A stretch of DNA of 64,000 nt from an uncultured Chloroflexia bacterium (GTDB lineage Bacteria; Chloroflexota; Dormibacteria; Aeolococcales; Aeolococcaceae). Below are positions 33,532-43,261 of this stretch, in pieces. Made by a program: the position numbers and the translations under genes. How positions within the stretch are numbered: the first letter of the stretch is position 1; each line of letters starts with the position of its first letter. The DNA lies in contig CAWCBS010000007.1 in assembly GCA_963793875.1 (NCBI GenBank), positions 23,489 to 87,488 of the forward strand, in the 5' to 3' direction. The notes below the pieces were generated by a model. That model made no database searches. It saw only the letters and a list, made by a program, of their open reading frames with translations, and was not told the DNA's origin.

Positions 33532-36111
33532 ATGGCCATTGCGGCGAAGCCGGGCGAGCATCCGAAGATCGGGGTCCTCTCCCACCTGGTGGCAGGCACC
33601 TACACCGCCAACCTGATCGCCGGGGTCACCGCCGCGACCCGGGCGTCGGGGACCAGGGTGGTCGCCATCCAGACCCTGGACCTCGACTTCGGCGCCAATC
33701 AGGGGCAGCTCAACTCGTCGGTCCCGCGCGGCAGTCAGGACGGTGAGTACCTGGGCTGGCCTCTGGGCAGCGAGGCACTGGTGCCGCACTTCAAGGTCCG
33801 CGTCGCCTGGGAGCAGGTCGCCGGGTTCCTGGTGGTGGTCAACGCCGTCGAACCCTGGTACCTCCAGGCCCTCCGTGACGCCGGCAAGCCGGTGGTGATG
33901 CTGAGCCATGCCGTGGAGGGCTTCGCCTGCCCCGTCGTCCGCGCCGACAACCGCAACGGGATCCTCCAGGCGGTGTCCCACCTGGTGGAGCACGGGCACC
34001 GGCGCATCGCCTTCGCCGGGTCCATGGTCCAGACCGACATCACCGAGCGCCTCGCCGCGTACCAGGAGGCCCTCGCCGCCCACGGCATCCAGGCCGAGGA
34101 GGATCTCGTCTTCGAGGCCACCGACAACCTCGAGGGTGGGGGGGACTACGCGGCCAAGCAAATGCTGGCGGCCGGGATGCCATCGACGGCGGTGGTCGCG
34201 GCCACCGACTACAACGCCCTGGGGATCATGAGGACGCTCCGCGCGGCGGGTCTTCTCCTACCTCGAGACCAGGCCATCATCGGCTTCGACGACGTCCCCG
34301 CCGCCACGGCGTCGCAACCCACCCTCGCCACCATCCATCAGAGCTTCGAGGAGATCGGCCGCGTGGGCGCCACCCTCCTGCTCGAGATGCTGGAGGGGCA
34401 CGAGGTCCCGCCCGACCGCCATCTCGTGCCCGCGGTCCTGGTACCGCGCGAGTCCTGCGGGTGCACAGCCGCGGCGCGGATCCGGGACACCGACGATCTG
34501 GACTCGGTCCCCGCTCAAACGGCAGCCGAACGCCTGCTGCGCCGCCTCGAGCGACGCCTGGTCGAGGGCGAGGCGCCCACGGCGGAGCAGACCTCCGCCC
34601 TGGCGAGGGCGGTCGATGTGATCGTCGCCTGTCTGGAACCGGCGTCCGGCGACCCGGTGCCGACCGGCCTCGAGGAGGCGGCGGCCACCCTCTACTCGGT
34701 CAACCCGCGCTGGACCACGATCAGCGCTGTTGTCGCCTGCCTCCGGCAGTACCAGAAGGATCTCGGCAAGCGTCCCGGCCGCACCCAGGGCGCGGCCCGC
34801 CTCCAGCCGGGCATCACCGAGATGGCGATCGAGCTCTCCCGTTGCGTCACCCAGGGGGAGAGCGCCGCCCGGGCCGCCCTCCACGACACCATGACCCTGG
34901 ACCACGAGCTGAGCGTGTCGCTCCTGAGCGGCACGGCCGGGGATCCCAAGGCGCTGCTCTGGCTCTCCCACACAACGGCACGAGCCGGATGCCTCGGCCT
35001 CTGGTCCGCCGATCTCGCCGGCGGCGCTGAAGAAGCCAACCGCCAACTCGACGTCGCCGGCTTGTACCTCCGAGGAGGAGGTCGGCTGCGCCTGCCCGCC
35101 CAGACCCGCGTGGAGCAGTTCCCGCCCGACGGGCTCCTCGAGGAGCTGGAGTGGGGGCCCGGGGAGCTGGCCATCGTCTTCCCCACCAAGACGCCGAGCG
35201 TCGACCTCGGGCTGCTCGCGGTGGTGACCCCGCTCCGGCCGGCCGAGGAGTCCGGTCGCGACCGCCTCTTCGAGAACAACGCCCTGCTCAGCGTCTCGCT
35301 CGAACGCGAGGTGATGACCGAGCGGCTGCGCCGCTCCAACGCCGACCTGGCGACCTTCAGCCACGCCATGGCCCACGACCTGCGCAACCCGCTGGCGACC
35401 ATCTCGATGTGGGCCGCGGTGGCCCGGATGCGGGCCGGTCCCGGTGACGACGCGGGGCCCGTGCTTCAGGTCGTCGACCAGATCAAGGACGTGGCCGACT
35501 ACGCCAACGAGCTGGTCACCGACCTCCTCCAGTACGCCGAGCTGGACCGCGGGGTCAGCTCGGTGGAGCCGGTCGACCTCAACCAGGCCGCGGCCCGGGT
35601 GATCGCGACCATCGGCTCGAGCATCGCGCAGCACGGTGCGATGATCGAGACCGGCAACCTGCCGACCGTCCTCGGCCGGCCCGGCGAGCTCCAGGTGGTG
35701 CTCCAGAACCTCGTCGAGAACGCCATCAAGTACCGCGGCGATCAGCCGCCCCGAATCCGGCTCGACGCCGTCCGGGACGGGGGCGCATGGAAGATGAGCT
35801 GCCGGGACAACGGCCAGGGCGTCCCCCTCGACTCCCGCGAGCAGGTGTTCGAGCCGTTCACGCGCGGGCACAGCTCCCTTCCCGGCAGCGGGCTCGGTCT
35901 CGCCACCTGCCGTCGCATCGTGGAGGGCCACGGCGGACGCATCTGGATCGCCGCCAGCGGGAACCTGGGGACGACGGTGGCCTTCACCCTCCCCGCGATC
36001 CCCGAGCCGGATCCCGGCGCGGTCGACGCGCCAGAGACCGGGCCGCCCGCCGCGTCTGAGCCCGGCGACAGCGCCGAGGTGGGCCCCGACCGATCCTGGC
36101 ACGTGGCCTGA
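33532..36111 (+). CDS. cytoplasmic histidine kinase with an N-terminal LacI-type (periplasmic-binding-protein fold) ligand-binding domain
   Basis: The N-terminal about 300 aa resemble the LacI/PurR effector domain (...IIGFDDVPAA...) but have no HTH. The C-terminus has HisKA (FSHAMAHDLRNPL) and HATPase_c (GSGLGLATCRRIVEGHGGRIW). No TM helices are evident. Confidence 0.75.
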   Translation: MAIAAKPGEHPKIGVLSHLVAGTYTANLIAGVTAATRASGTRVVAIQTLDLDFGANQGQLNSSVPRGSQDGEYLGWPLGSEALVPHFKVRVAWEQVAGFLVVVNAVEPWYLQALRDAGKPVVMLSHAVEGFACPVVRADNRNGILQAVSHLVEHGHRRIAFAGSMVQTDITERLAAYQEALAAHGIQAEEDLVFEATDNLEGGGDYAAKQMLAAGMPSTAVVAATDYNALGIMRTLRAAGLLLPRDQAIIGFDDVPAATASQPTLATIHQSFEEIGRVGATLLLEMLEGHEVPPDRHLVPAVLVPRESCGCTAAARIRDTDDLDSVPAQTAAERLLRRLERRLVEGEAPTAEQTSALARAVDVIVACLEPASGDPVPTGLEEAAATLYSVNPRWTTISAVVACLRQYQKDLGKRPGRTQGAARLQPGITEMAIELSRCVTQGESAARAALHDTMTLDHELSVSLLSGTAGDPKALLWLSHTTARAGCLGLWSADLAGGAEEANRQLDVAGLYLRGGGRLRLPAQTRVEQFPPDGLLEELEWGPGELAIVFPTKTPSVDLGLLAVVTPLRPAEESGRDRLFENNALLSVSLEREVMTERLRRSNADLATFSHAMAHDLRNPLATISMWAAVARMRAGPGDDAGPVLQVVDQIKDVADYANELVTDLLQYAELDRGVSSVEPVDLNQAAARVIATIGSSIAQHGAMIETGNLPTVLGRPGELQVVLQNLVENAIKYRGDQPPRIRLDAVRDGGAWKMSCRDNGQGVPLDSREQVFEPFTRGHSSLPGSGLGLATCRRIVEGHGGRIWIAASGNLGTTVAFTLPAIPEPDPGAVDAPETGPPAASEPGDSAEVGPDRSWHVA

Positions 36112-36309
36112 CCGACCTCCGGAGCCACCGATGGCGGCCCGCGAAGCGGTCTGGCGCCTCGCCAGCCACCCCGGGCGCGGGCTGACCCCCTGCCGGCGGC
36201 GCCGGGGCGAGGGTAAGATGGGGGGCAGGTACAAGACCCCGCTCTCGCGATCGGGCTCCCCCGGCAGGTGCGCGCCCGACCGTCGAGAACGGGCCAGGCC
36301 GAGGTCCCG

Positions 36310-37056
36310 ATGCCCTCCGTCGAACGGCGCGGCGGTCCACGCAGCAACCGGATCCTGGACGCCCTCCCGGCGGCTGACCGCCAGCGCCTCACGGCCGGCA
36401 TGGTCCCGGTGGCGCTCGGCATCAAGACCGTGCTCTTCGAGCCGGGCGAGCCGATCCCCGCCGTCCACTTCCCCCTGGACGGGGTGATCTCGCTGGTCAC
36501 GCCCCTGGACGATGGCGCCATCGTCGAGGTCGCCACCGTGGGCAACGAGGGCATCGTGGGCGTGCCCATGGTGGTGGGGGGCTCGCTCAACGTGCGCGCC
36601 ATCTCGCAGGTCTCGGGCAACGCGCTGCGCCTGGATGCCGGCGCCTTCCTCGAGGAGCTGGGGCGCGGAGGGGCGTTCGCCGTCATCGTCCACCAGTACG
36701 AGCAGGCGCTCTTCGGCCAGATCGCCCAGGCGGCCGCCTGCAACCGGCTCCACACCAATGAGGAGCGGTTGAGTCGCTGGCTGCTGATGAGCCACGATCG
36801 GGTGGGCGTCGACGACTTCGCGATCACCCATGAGTTCCTGGGCCAGATGCTGGGCTCACGCCGGGCGACCGTGACCCTCTCGGCCGGGATCCTCCAGGCC
36901 GCCGGGCTGATCCGCTACCACCGCGGTCACGTCACCATCCTCGATCGTGATGGTCTGGAATCCGTCTCCTGCGAGTGCTACGCGGTCATCAAGCAGCAGC
37001 TCGACCGGGTGGTGGAACCGTCCGGCAACGGCGAGCACCCGGGCGTCACCGCCTGA
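36310..37056 (+). CDS. Crp/Fnr-family transcriptional regulator
   Basis: A cNMP-binding-like barrel followed by the HTH (...GSRRATVTLSAGILQAAGLIRY...). Confidence 0.8.
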   Translation: MPSVERRGGPRSNRILDALPAADRQRLTAGMVPVALGIKTVLFEPGEPIPAVHFPLDGVISLVTPLDDGAIVEVATVGNEGIVGVPMVVGGSLNVRAISQVSGNALRLDAGAFLEELGRGGAFAVIVHQYEQALFGQIAQAAACNRLHTNEERLSRWLLMSHDRVGVDDFAITHEFLGQMLGSRRATVTLSAGILQAAGLIRYHRGHVTILDRDGLESVSCECYAVIKQQLDRVVEPSGNGEHPGVTA

Positions 37057-37299
37057 TCCGTACGCCAGCGCGCAGACGGCAGGCAGGCGGGCCCATACTC
37101 TGACCAGCTTGTCAGACGCACGCTGTCCGCTCCTCCGTGCCCGTCGCGGATGGGGAGGTCGGGTGGCCGCCGTCACGTCACGTGGTTCGACGCAGCCACC
37201 CGACCCAGGGAATCTGACGCGGAAGACCGGAACCGACGGGTCGTCAGCGTGGCGCGCACCCGGGGGAGATGCCCAACCGAAGCTGCCGGCTCGCCGCCG

Positions 37300-38109
37300 A
37301 TGGAGGAGCGCTTCGTCGTCCTCGGCGGCAGGAGGGTGCGCTACCTCATCGGCGGCGAAGGCAAACCCCTGGTGCTCTGCCACGGCTTCATCAGCTCGGG
37401 CGAGGAGTTCGGCGGCCGCTTCGCGGCGCTGGCGGCCCAGCGCACCCTGATCGCCCCCGACCTCCCCGGCAACGGGCAGTCCGACCCCCTGAAGGTGCGG
37501 CACAGCGCGGAGGCGATGGCCGGCGCGGTCTGGGCTCTGCTCGCCCACCTCGACGTCCGCAGCTTCGACCTGGCCGGGCTCTGCCTGGGCGCGTCGGTCG
37601 CCTGCGCCATGGCCCGCGACCACGAGGCCGCCGTCGACCACCTGATCTTGCACACCCCGCTGCTCGGCGAGGCGCTGATCCGGGCGCAGTACCGGTGGCA
37701 GGTGCGGATCCTCGCCTCCCGGGCGCTCTGGCCCACGGTGGTGTGGCTCAGCCGGCAGCGCGCGGTCAGCGACCTGTACAAGCGGCTGGCCATCGAGGGT
37801 AAGGACGTGGACGCCTACACCGCCGACGTCAACTACCTCAACCAGCGCCGCGCCAACCCTCGGGCCGCCCGGGAGTGGCTCAACGACGCCCTCGGCCGCC
37901 AGGACCTGGAGCTGGTCCGGAGCCGCTCCAGGCCGACCATGATCATCGTCCCCGAGCACGATCGGCTGGTCAACGTCGGCCGCCTCCGCGACATGGTCGC
38001 GCCGCTCGGCAACGTCGAGTTGGTGGTCGACGGCCAGGGCGGGCACGGCTGGAGCCCGGACGCGGTGGGGCGGCATCTCGCCGCCATGAGGCTGGCCCTC
38101 GCCGACTGA
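37300..38109 (+). CDS. alpha/beta-fold hydrolase with Cys at the nucleophile elbow
   Basis: PLVLCHGF is present. The elbow reads G-L-C-L-G (AGLCLGASVA) instead of G-x-S-x-G. A C-terminal H lies in ...GQGGHGW. Confidence 0.7.
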   Translation: MEERFVVLGGRRVRYLIGGEGKPLVLCHGFISSGEEFGGRFAALAAQRTLIAPDLPGNGQSDPLKVRHSAEAMAGAVWALLAHLDVRSFDLAGLCLGASVACAMARDHEAAVDHLILHTPLLGEALIRAQYRWQVRILASRALWPTVVWLSRQRAVSDLYKRLAIEGKDVDAYTADVNYLNQRRANPRAAREWLNDALGRQDLELVRSRSRPTMIIVPEHDRLVNVGRLRDMVAPLGNVELVVDGQGGHGWSPDAVGRHLAAMRLALAD

Positions 38110-38240
38110 TTCGGAGCGGGATCCCACCGATCGAGGTGGGCGCCGAATCCGAACCGATCCGGCCGGAACCTGCAATCGCACGCCGGCAACCGCCATGATG
38201 AGCAGGCGAGCCGCCCCGCGATCCCGCCTGGAGGCCGGCC

Positions 38241-39046
38241 ATGACGACCCTCCTGCTGGTGCATGCGCACCCGGATGACGAATCGATCCTCACCGGAGGG
38301 GTCATGCTCCACGCCCACCGGGATGGCCACCGAGGGTCCTGGTCACGGCGACCCGGGGGGAGGAGGGCGAGGTCCACCACATGGACGAGGCGGCGTCGCG
38401 CCCGCGCCTGGGAGAGATCCGGACCGAGGAGCTGCTCGCCGCCTGCACCATCCTGGGGGTGGACCGCCAGGAGTTCCTCGGCTACCGCGACTCAGGGTCG
38501 AGCGGGGCTCCGAGCAACGCTCACCCCCAGTCCTTCGACCGCGCGCCGCTGGGTGAGGCGGCGGCCCGGGTGGCGGTGATCCTGCGCAGCGAGCGCCCCG
38601 AGGTGGTGGTCACCTACACGTCGGACGGCACGTACCGTCACCCCGACCACCGCAAGGCCCACGAGACGACCATGGCCGCCCTGGACACGCTGGCCGGGGA
38701 GGGGTGGGCCCCGATCAAGCTGTACCTCAACGCGGTACCCCGCAGGTTCGTCTGCGGCATCGTCGCGGTGGCGCGGGATGCGGGCATCGCGCTCCCCGGG
38801 GAGCTGGGCCAGGCCGAGGGCGTCCCCGACGGCGAGATCACCACCGAGGTCGACGTCTGCGACGTGCTGGACCTCAAGCTGGCCGCCTGCGTCAGCCACC
38901 TCAGCCAGATGCACCCCGGGCTCGCCCTCGCCGCCCTGGCTGCCGAGCTCTTCGAGGCAGCCTTCGGCATCGAGCGATACGTCCTGGCTCGCGGCGTCCC
39001 GCTGCGGGACCGGCCGGAGCGCAGCCTCTTCGCCGGCGTTGGCTGA
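38241..39046 (+). pseudogene. PIG-L/LmbE-family deacetylase (MshB/Mca-like) with a frameshift near 38333-38337
   Basis: Frame 1 reads MTTLLLVHAHPDDESILTGGVMLHAHRDGHR. The expected continuation VLVTATRGEEGEVHHMDEAAS...LGYRDSG is in the frame offset by 2 (38336 onward, same frame as ORF 38381-39046). The shift is at a GGG run. Confidence 0.7.
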
Positions 39047-39114
39047 GCAGCCCCGCCGCGTGTGGCCGCCGACCGGCGCGGTGACCCGCGCCGGCCGGTG
39101 GACCTCATCGAGTG

Positions 39115-39315
39115 CTAGGCGGCGCGCACCTGACGCGCGCGCGGGCCCTTGTCACTCGTCTCGACGGCGAAGCTCACGCGCTCGCCGACCGCCAGGCTCT
39201 CGAAGTTGAGCGACGGGTCGAGTCCGCTGCGGTGGAAGAAGTACTCCGCGCCATCCTCAGCGGTGATGAAACCAAAGCCGCGCTCCTGCACGACTTTCTT
39301 GACGGTACCAGTCAT
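39115..39315 (-). CDS. cold-shock-domain protein (66 aa)
   Basis: MTGTVKKVVQERGFGFITAEDGAEYFFHRS... contains an RNP1-like GFGFI. Confidence 0.8.
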   Translation of the reverse strand: MTGTVKKVVQERGFGFITAEDGAEYFFHRSGLDPSLNFESLAVGERVSFAVETSDKGPRARQVRAA

Positions 39316-39537
39316 GCCTGGTCTCTCCTGTCCTTCTCGGATCACTCACGACGCGCGGGTCCGTTCGAGAAGGGGAAGACCACGAGCGACTCCCGCCCGA
39401 ATTGGGCGGCTCCCCGTAGCGTACCCCAATCCCGGGAAACCACGCGGTCCGCGACCCATCCGTGCCGGGTTCGGCGCGTCAGCCACGATCTCTCCGCCTG
39501 GGGCCGGGGGCGACCCCGGCCGTGGCCGGCCGGCGGG

Positions 39538-39981
39538 TCAGGCCCGGGTGGCCAGCAGGACCGGGATCTGACGCGAGGTCTTGGTCTGGTACTCGGCGTA
39601 CGGGGGGTAGGCGGCGACCGCCCGCTCCCACCACACCGCCCGCTCGTCTCCACTCAGCTCGCGGACCGCGACGTCGAACGGCGCCGGGCCGTCCTGGATC
39701 ATCACCTCGGTGGGGCTGGCGGCCAGGTTGTGATACCACTCCGGGTTCTCGGGGGTCCCCCCTTTGGAGGCCACGATCGCGTACTCGCCGCCGTGCTCGA
39801 CGCGCATCACCGCGATCTTGCGGACCTTGCCGGAGCGGTGACCGCGCATGGTGACGATGATCACCGGCCAGCCGGTGTCGCCCAGCGTGTTGCCCCGCGT
39901 CCCACCGGACAACTCGTACTCGGCGACCTGGTCGCGCACCCACTGGGCGGGGCTGGGCTCGTACTCACCGCTGACGGGCAT
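39538..39981 (-). CDS. nitroreductase-family deazaflavin (F420)-dependent oxidoreductase (Ddn-like)
   Basis: ...TMRGHRSGKVRKIAVMRVEHGGEYAIVASKGGTPENPEWYHNLAASP... matches the family signature. Confidence 0.75.
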   Translation of the reverse strand: MPVSGEYEPSPAQWVRDQVAEYELSGGTRGNTLGDTGWPVIIVTMRGHRSGKVRKIAVMRVEHGGEYAIVASKGGTPENPEWYHNLAASPTEVMIQDGPAPFDVAVRELSGDERAVWWERAVAAYPPYAEYQTKTSRQIPVLLATRA

Positions 39982-40057
39982 GGAGGGAGTTTAAGCCGCG
40001 CCCGCGCCCCGGCGCCATCCCGGGCCCCGCCCCGGGCGCGCCCCCGACCGGCGGAGA

Positions 40058-40583
40058 TCAGGCGTAGGCCCGCGCCTGGAGCTGGAAGAGATCGGCGTAG
40101 AGGCCCCCCGCCGCCATCAGCTCGCGGTGGGAGCCGAACTCGATCAGCCGGCCGTGCTCCAGCACCGCGATCAGATCGGCCATCAGCACCGTGGAGAAGC
40201 GGTGCGAGACCAGCACGGTGACCCCGCCCACCTCCCGGCTCGCCCGCCCCGCCGAGGTTCGCGTAGCGCTCGAAGAGGCTGTGCTCCGCGGAGGCGTCCA
40301 GCGCTGCCGCCGGCTCGTCGAGGATCAGCAGGAGCGGGGTCCGGCGCATCAGGGTGCGGGCCAGGCCGACGGTCTGCCACTGACCGCCGGAGAGCTCGGC
40401 GCCGTGCTCATACTCGCGGCCCACGTAGCCGGCGAGGCCGCCGCTCACCACGCGCACCACCCGCTCGGCGTGGGCGTCGGCCACCGCGGCGGCGACGGCC
40501 GGCGGATCGGAGAGCCGGGGGACGTCACCCAGGCCGGCCTCCGTCTCGGAGCTCGGCGCGGCGAGCGCGGGTATCCTCTCCGC
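40058..40583 (-). pseudogene. ABC transporter ATP-binding domain remnant (no Walker A or TMD) with an internal frameshift
   Basis: The upstream frame reads ...[45 protein letters not shown]. The downstream frame reads [55 protein letters not shown]. The 34-nt G-rich linker (40226-40259) is not a multiple of 3. An in-frame stop at 40584-40586 cuts off the N-terminal part. Confidence 0.75.
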
Positions 40584-40585
40584 TC

Positions 40586-41266
40586 ATGGAGCCGGGACTC
40601 TCGGTGGTGTGCGGGGCGAGCGGGGGACTGGGTCCCGCGGTCCTCGACGCCATGACCGCGTTCGGCGATCCGGTGGTCGGGGTCGCGTCGCCGCGCTCCG
40701 ACCCCGAGCGGCTGGCGGCGCTGAGGCCCGGGGTCCGCTGGGAACGCGCCGAGCTCTCCGACCCGGCGGCGGTCGAGGCGCTCTGGGCCCGTGTCGACGC
40801 CCTCGGCGAGGTGCGGCGGCTGGTCAACGTCACCGGCGGCTTCGCCCCCGGCACGGTCGCCGGCGGCTCACCGGAGCTGGTGCGCCAGATGCTCCGGCTC
40901 AACCTCGAGACGGCGTGGTGGTCGTGCCGCGAGGCGGCCCGCCGGATGACCGCCGCGGGCGGCGGCGGGGCGATCGTCAACGTGGGCTCGGCGTCCGGAA
41001 TCCGGCTGGGTGGCGGCGCCGCCGCCTACGCGGTCTCCAAGGCCGCGCTCCACGCCCTGACCCGGGTGCTGGCGGCCGAGCTGGCCGGCGAACTGATCCG
41101 CGTCAACGCGGTGGCGCCGGGAACCATCGACACCCCTGCCAACCGGGCGTGGATGGGCGCCGCCGACCTCGCGGCCGCAGTCTCGCCGGAGCGCGTCGCC
41201 GCGACCATCGCCGCCCTCTGCTCGGGCGGCGACGGTGCCACCGGAACCGTGGTGGAGGTCGGCTGA
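40586..41266 (+). CDS. short-chain dehydrogenase/reductase
   Basis: GASGGLG nucleotide-binding motif and YAVSKAAL (YxxxK). Confidence 0.8.
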   Translation: MEPGLSVVCGASGGLGPAVLDAMTAFGDPVVGVASPRSDPERLAALRPGVRWERAELSDPAAVEALWARVDALGEVRRLVNVTGGFAPGTVAGGSPELVRQMLRLNLETAWWSCREAARRMTAAGGGGAIVNVGSASGIRLGGGAAAYAVSKAALHALTRVLAAELAGELIRVNAVAPGTIDTPANRAWMGAADLAAAVSPERVAATIAALCSGGDGATGTVVEVG

Positions 41267-41333
41267 CCGCCCCACCCGCCGAGGGTCGCCCCCCGGGTCC
41301 TCGCGCCGGAGACGGACCGCCGTCCCGCGCGGC

Positions 41334-42266
41334 TCAGCCGGGCTTGAAGAACATGCCGATGAGGGCCGGTCCGAGCAGGATCACGAAGACGCAGGGGAAG
41401 ATGCAGCCCATCATCGGCATCAGCATCAGCACCGGAGCGCGGTGACCGGCCTCCTCGGCGCGCTGCTTGCGCTTGCGCCGCAGCTCCTCTGACTGGATGC
41501 GCAGCACGTTGACGACGCTCACCCCGAGTGGCTCCGACTGAACCACCGAACGGCAGAACTCGGTCAGCTCGTCGACGTCGTTGCGCTCGGCCATGGCCAT
41601 CATCGCCTCACCGCGCGGGCGGCCGAGCCGGATCTCGTTGAGCAGCTTCTGGAACTCCTTGGAGAGCAGTGACTCGTCCGACTCGCCGACCCGCATGATC
41701 GACATGTCCAACGACAGCCCGGCCTCCATGCAGACGGTGAGCAGATCCATGACGCCCGCCAGCGCGAGCTGGATGTCCTTCTGCCGCTTCTTCGCCTTGC
41801 GGTCCAGCGAGAGGGTCGGATACATGTACATGCCGATGACACCGGCCCCGATCAGGAGCAGGTTCTGGGGAGGCTTGAGGTCGGCGAGCTCGGCGAGGCC
41901 GAGGCAGACCGCCGCTCCCGCGAAGGGGAGGATGAGGCGGAGCGCCAGCAGCGTCTCGGGCCGCTGTCGTGAGCCCGACTTGGCGACCAGCTTGCGGAGC
42001 TGCTGGAGCTGTCCCTCCTTGGTCCGCTTGGCGATCATGTTGCCGATCCCGCTGAGCACCGGCAGCACCAACCGCTCGAAGGCGGGCTGGGTGAACTCGC
42101 CGGTCTCCAGATCGATGTCGTAGGTGACCGCGTTGGGCACGCTGGCCAGACGCTGCTCCAGGATGCTGCCGAGCGGTGCCGAGGGCACCATCAGCCAGAC
42201 GGCCAGGAACACCACCACGGCGATCACCGCGCCGGCGCCGACCAGGATCACGAGGTTGGAGCTCAT
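41334..42266 (-). CDS. tadC: type II secretion system F-family protein (TadC-like)
   Basis: T2SSF-domain pattern with N- and C-terminal TM helices. ATGA overlap with the upstream gene at 42263-42266. Confidence 0.75.
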   Translation of the reverse strand: MSSNLVILVGAGAVIAVVVFLAVWLMVPSAPLGSILEQRLASVPNAVTYDIDLETGEFTQPAFERLVLPVLSGIGNMIAKRTKEGQLQQLRKLVAKSGSRQRPETLLALRLILPFAGAAVCLGLAELADLKPPQNLLLIGAGVIGMYMYPTLSLDRKAKKRQKDIQLALAGVMDLLTVCMEAGLSLDMSIMRVGESDESLLSKEFQKLLNEIRLGRPRGEAMMAMAERNDVDELTEFCRSVVQSEPLGVSVVNVLRIQSEELRRKRKQRAEEAGHRAPVLMLMPMMGCIFPCVFVILLGPALIGMFFKPG

Positions 42267-43234
42267 ACCTTCACGTTCACGATCTTGCGGATGATTCCGT
42301 AGCCGCAGAGGATCATGAAACCGGCCAGCCCGAGCATGATCTGTCCGGGGGTCGTCTTCAGCATCGGGTCGAAGTAGGTCGGGGCGATCAGCATCAGGAT
42401 CGCGGTCATGCCGAAGGGCAGGGCGATCAGCACCCACCCCGAGGCGCGGGCCTGGCCGGTGAGGGACTTGATCTCACCCTTGATCCGGATCCGCTCGCGC
42501 ACCGTGTACTCGATGGTGTCGAGGATGTGGGCGAGGTTGCCGCCCACCTGCGACTGGATCTGGACGGCGATGAGCATGAGGCGGAGGTCCTCCGAGTCGT
42601 TGCGATGGACCATCCGGGCGAGGGCCTCGTTCATGGGCAGGCCGAGCTGCACCTCGCGGGTCACCCTCCCCAGCTCCGCCCCCATCGGGACGGGGAGGTT
42701 CTTGGCCGCGAGGTCGACGGATTGCGCGAAGGTGTAGCCGGCCTTCATCGCGCCGCTGAGCTGGAGGATGGTCGGCGACAGCTGGGCGTTGAAGGCCTTG
42801 GTGCGCTTGGACTGGCGGTAGCGGAGGAAGAACTGCGCTCCCATGTACCCCACCAGCACCCCGATCGGGAAGAAGAGCAGGGCTCCGAAGCGGAGGTAGA
42901 GCAGGGCTCCCACCACCAGCGCGGTGCCCGCCGAGATCAGGATCCACTCGGTCGGTCGCACCTTGAGGTTGGCGCGGGCCAGCCGGTCGGCCAGGCGCGA
43001 GCCCCGATCGGTGCGCTCGAACCGGCTGCCGACCGCCGACTGGACCACGTGGCGGAGCTGGCCGACGGGATCACGCGGCGCCTGCGCCTCCTTGGTGACC
43101 AGCGGGGCCAGATCGCCGAGCTGGCGAAGCCGGTCGTGGAGCATCGAGTCCGCGCCCGGGAGGATGAACACGATGATGGCGAGGAAGAGGGCGAGCGCCC
43201 CGACGCCGGCAAGGAGGATGGCGGTCGAGCTCAT
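42263..43234 (-). CDS. tadB: type II secretion system F-family protein (TadB-like)
   Basis: T2SSF-domain pattern (...LPMNEALARMVHRNDSEDLRLMLIAVQIQSQVGGNLAHILD...). Confidence 0.75.
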   Translation of the reverse strand: MSSTAILLAGVGALALFLAIIVFILPGADSMLHDRLRQLGDLAPLVTKEAQAPRDPVGQLRHVVQSAVGSRFERTDRGSRLADRLARANLKVRPTEWILISAGTALVVGALLYLRFGALLFFPIGVLVGYMGAQFFLRYRQSKRTKAFNAQLSPTILQLSGAMKAGYTFAQSVDLAAKNLPVPMGAELGRVTREVQLGLPMNEALARMVHRNDSEDLRLMLIAVQIQSQVGGNLAHILDTIEYTVRERIRIKGEIKSLTGQARASGWVLIALPFGMTAILMLIAPTYFDPMLKTTPGQIMLGLAGFMILCGYGIIRKIVNVKV

Positions 43235-43261
43235 CTCGGATCGCTGCGGGCTCCCAGGCCC

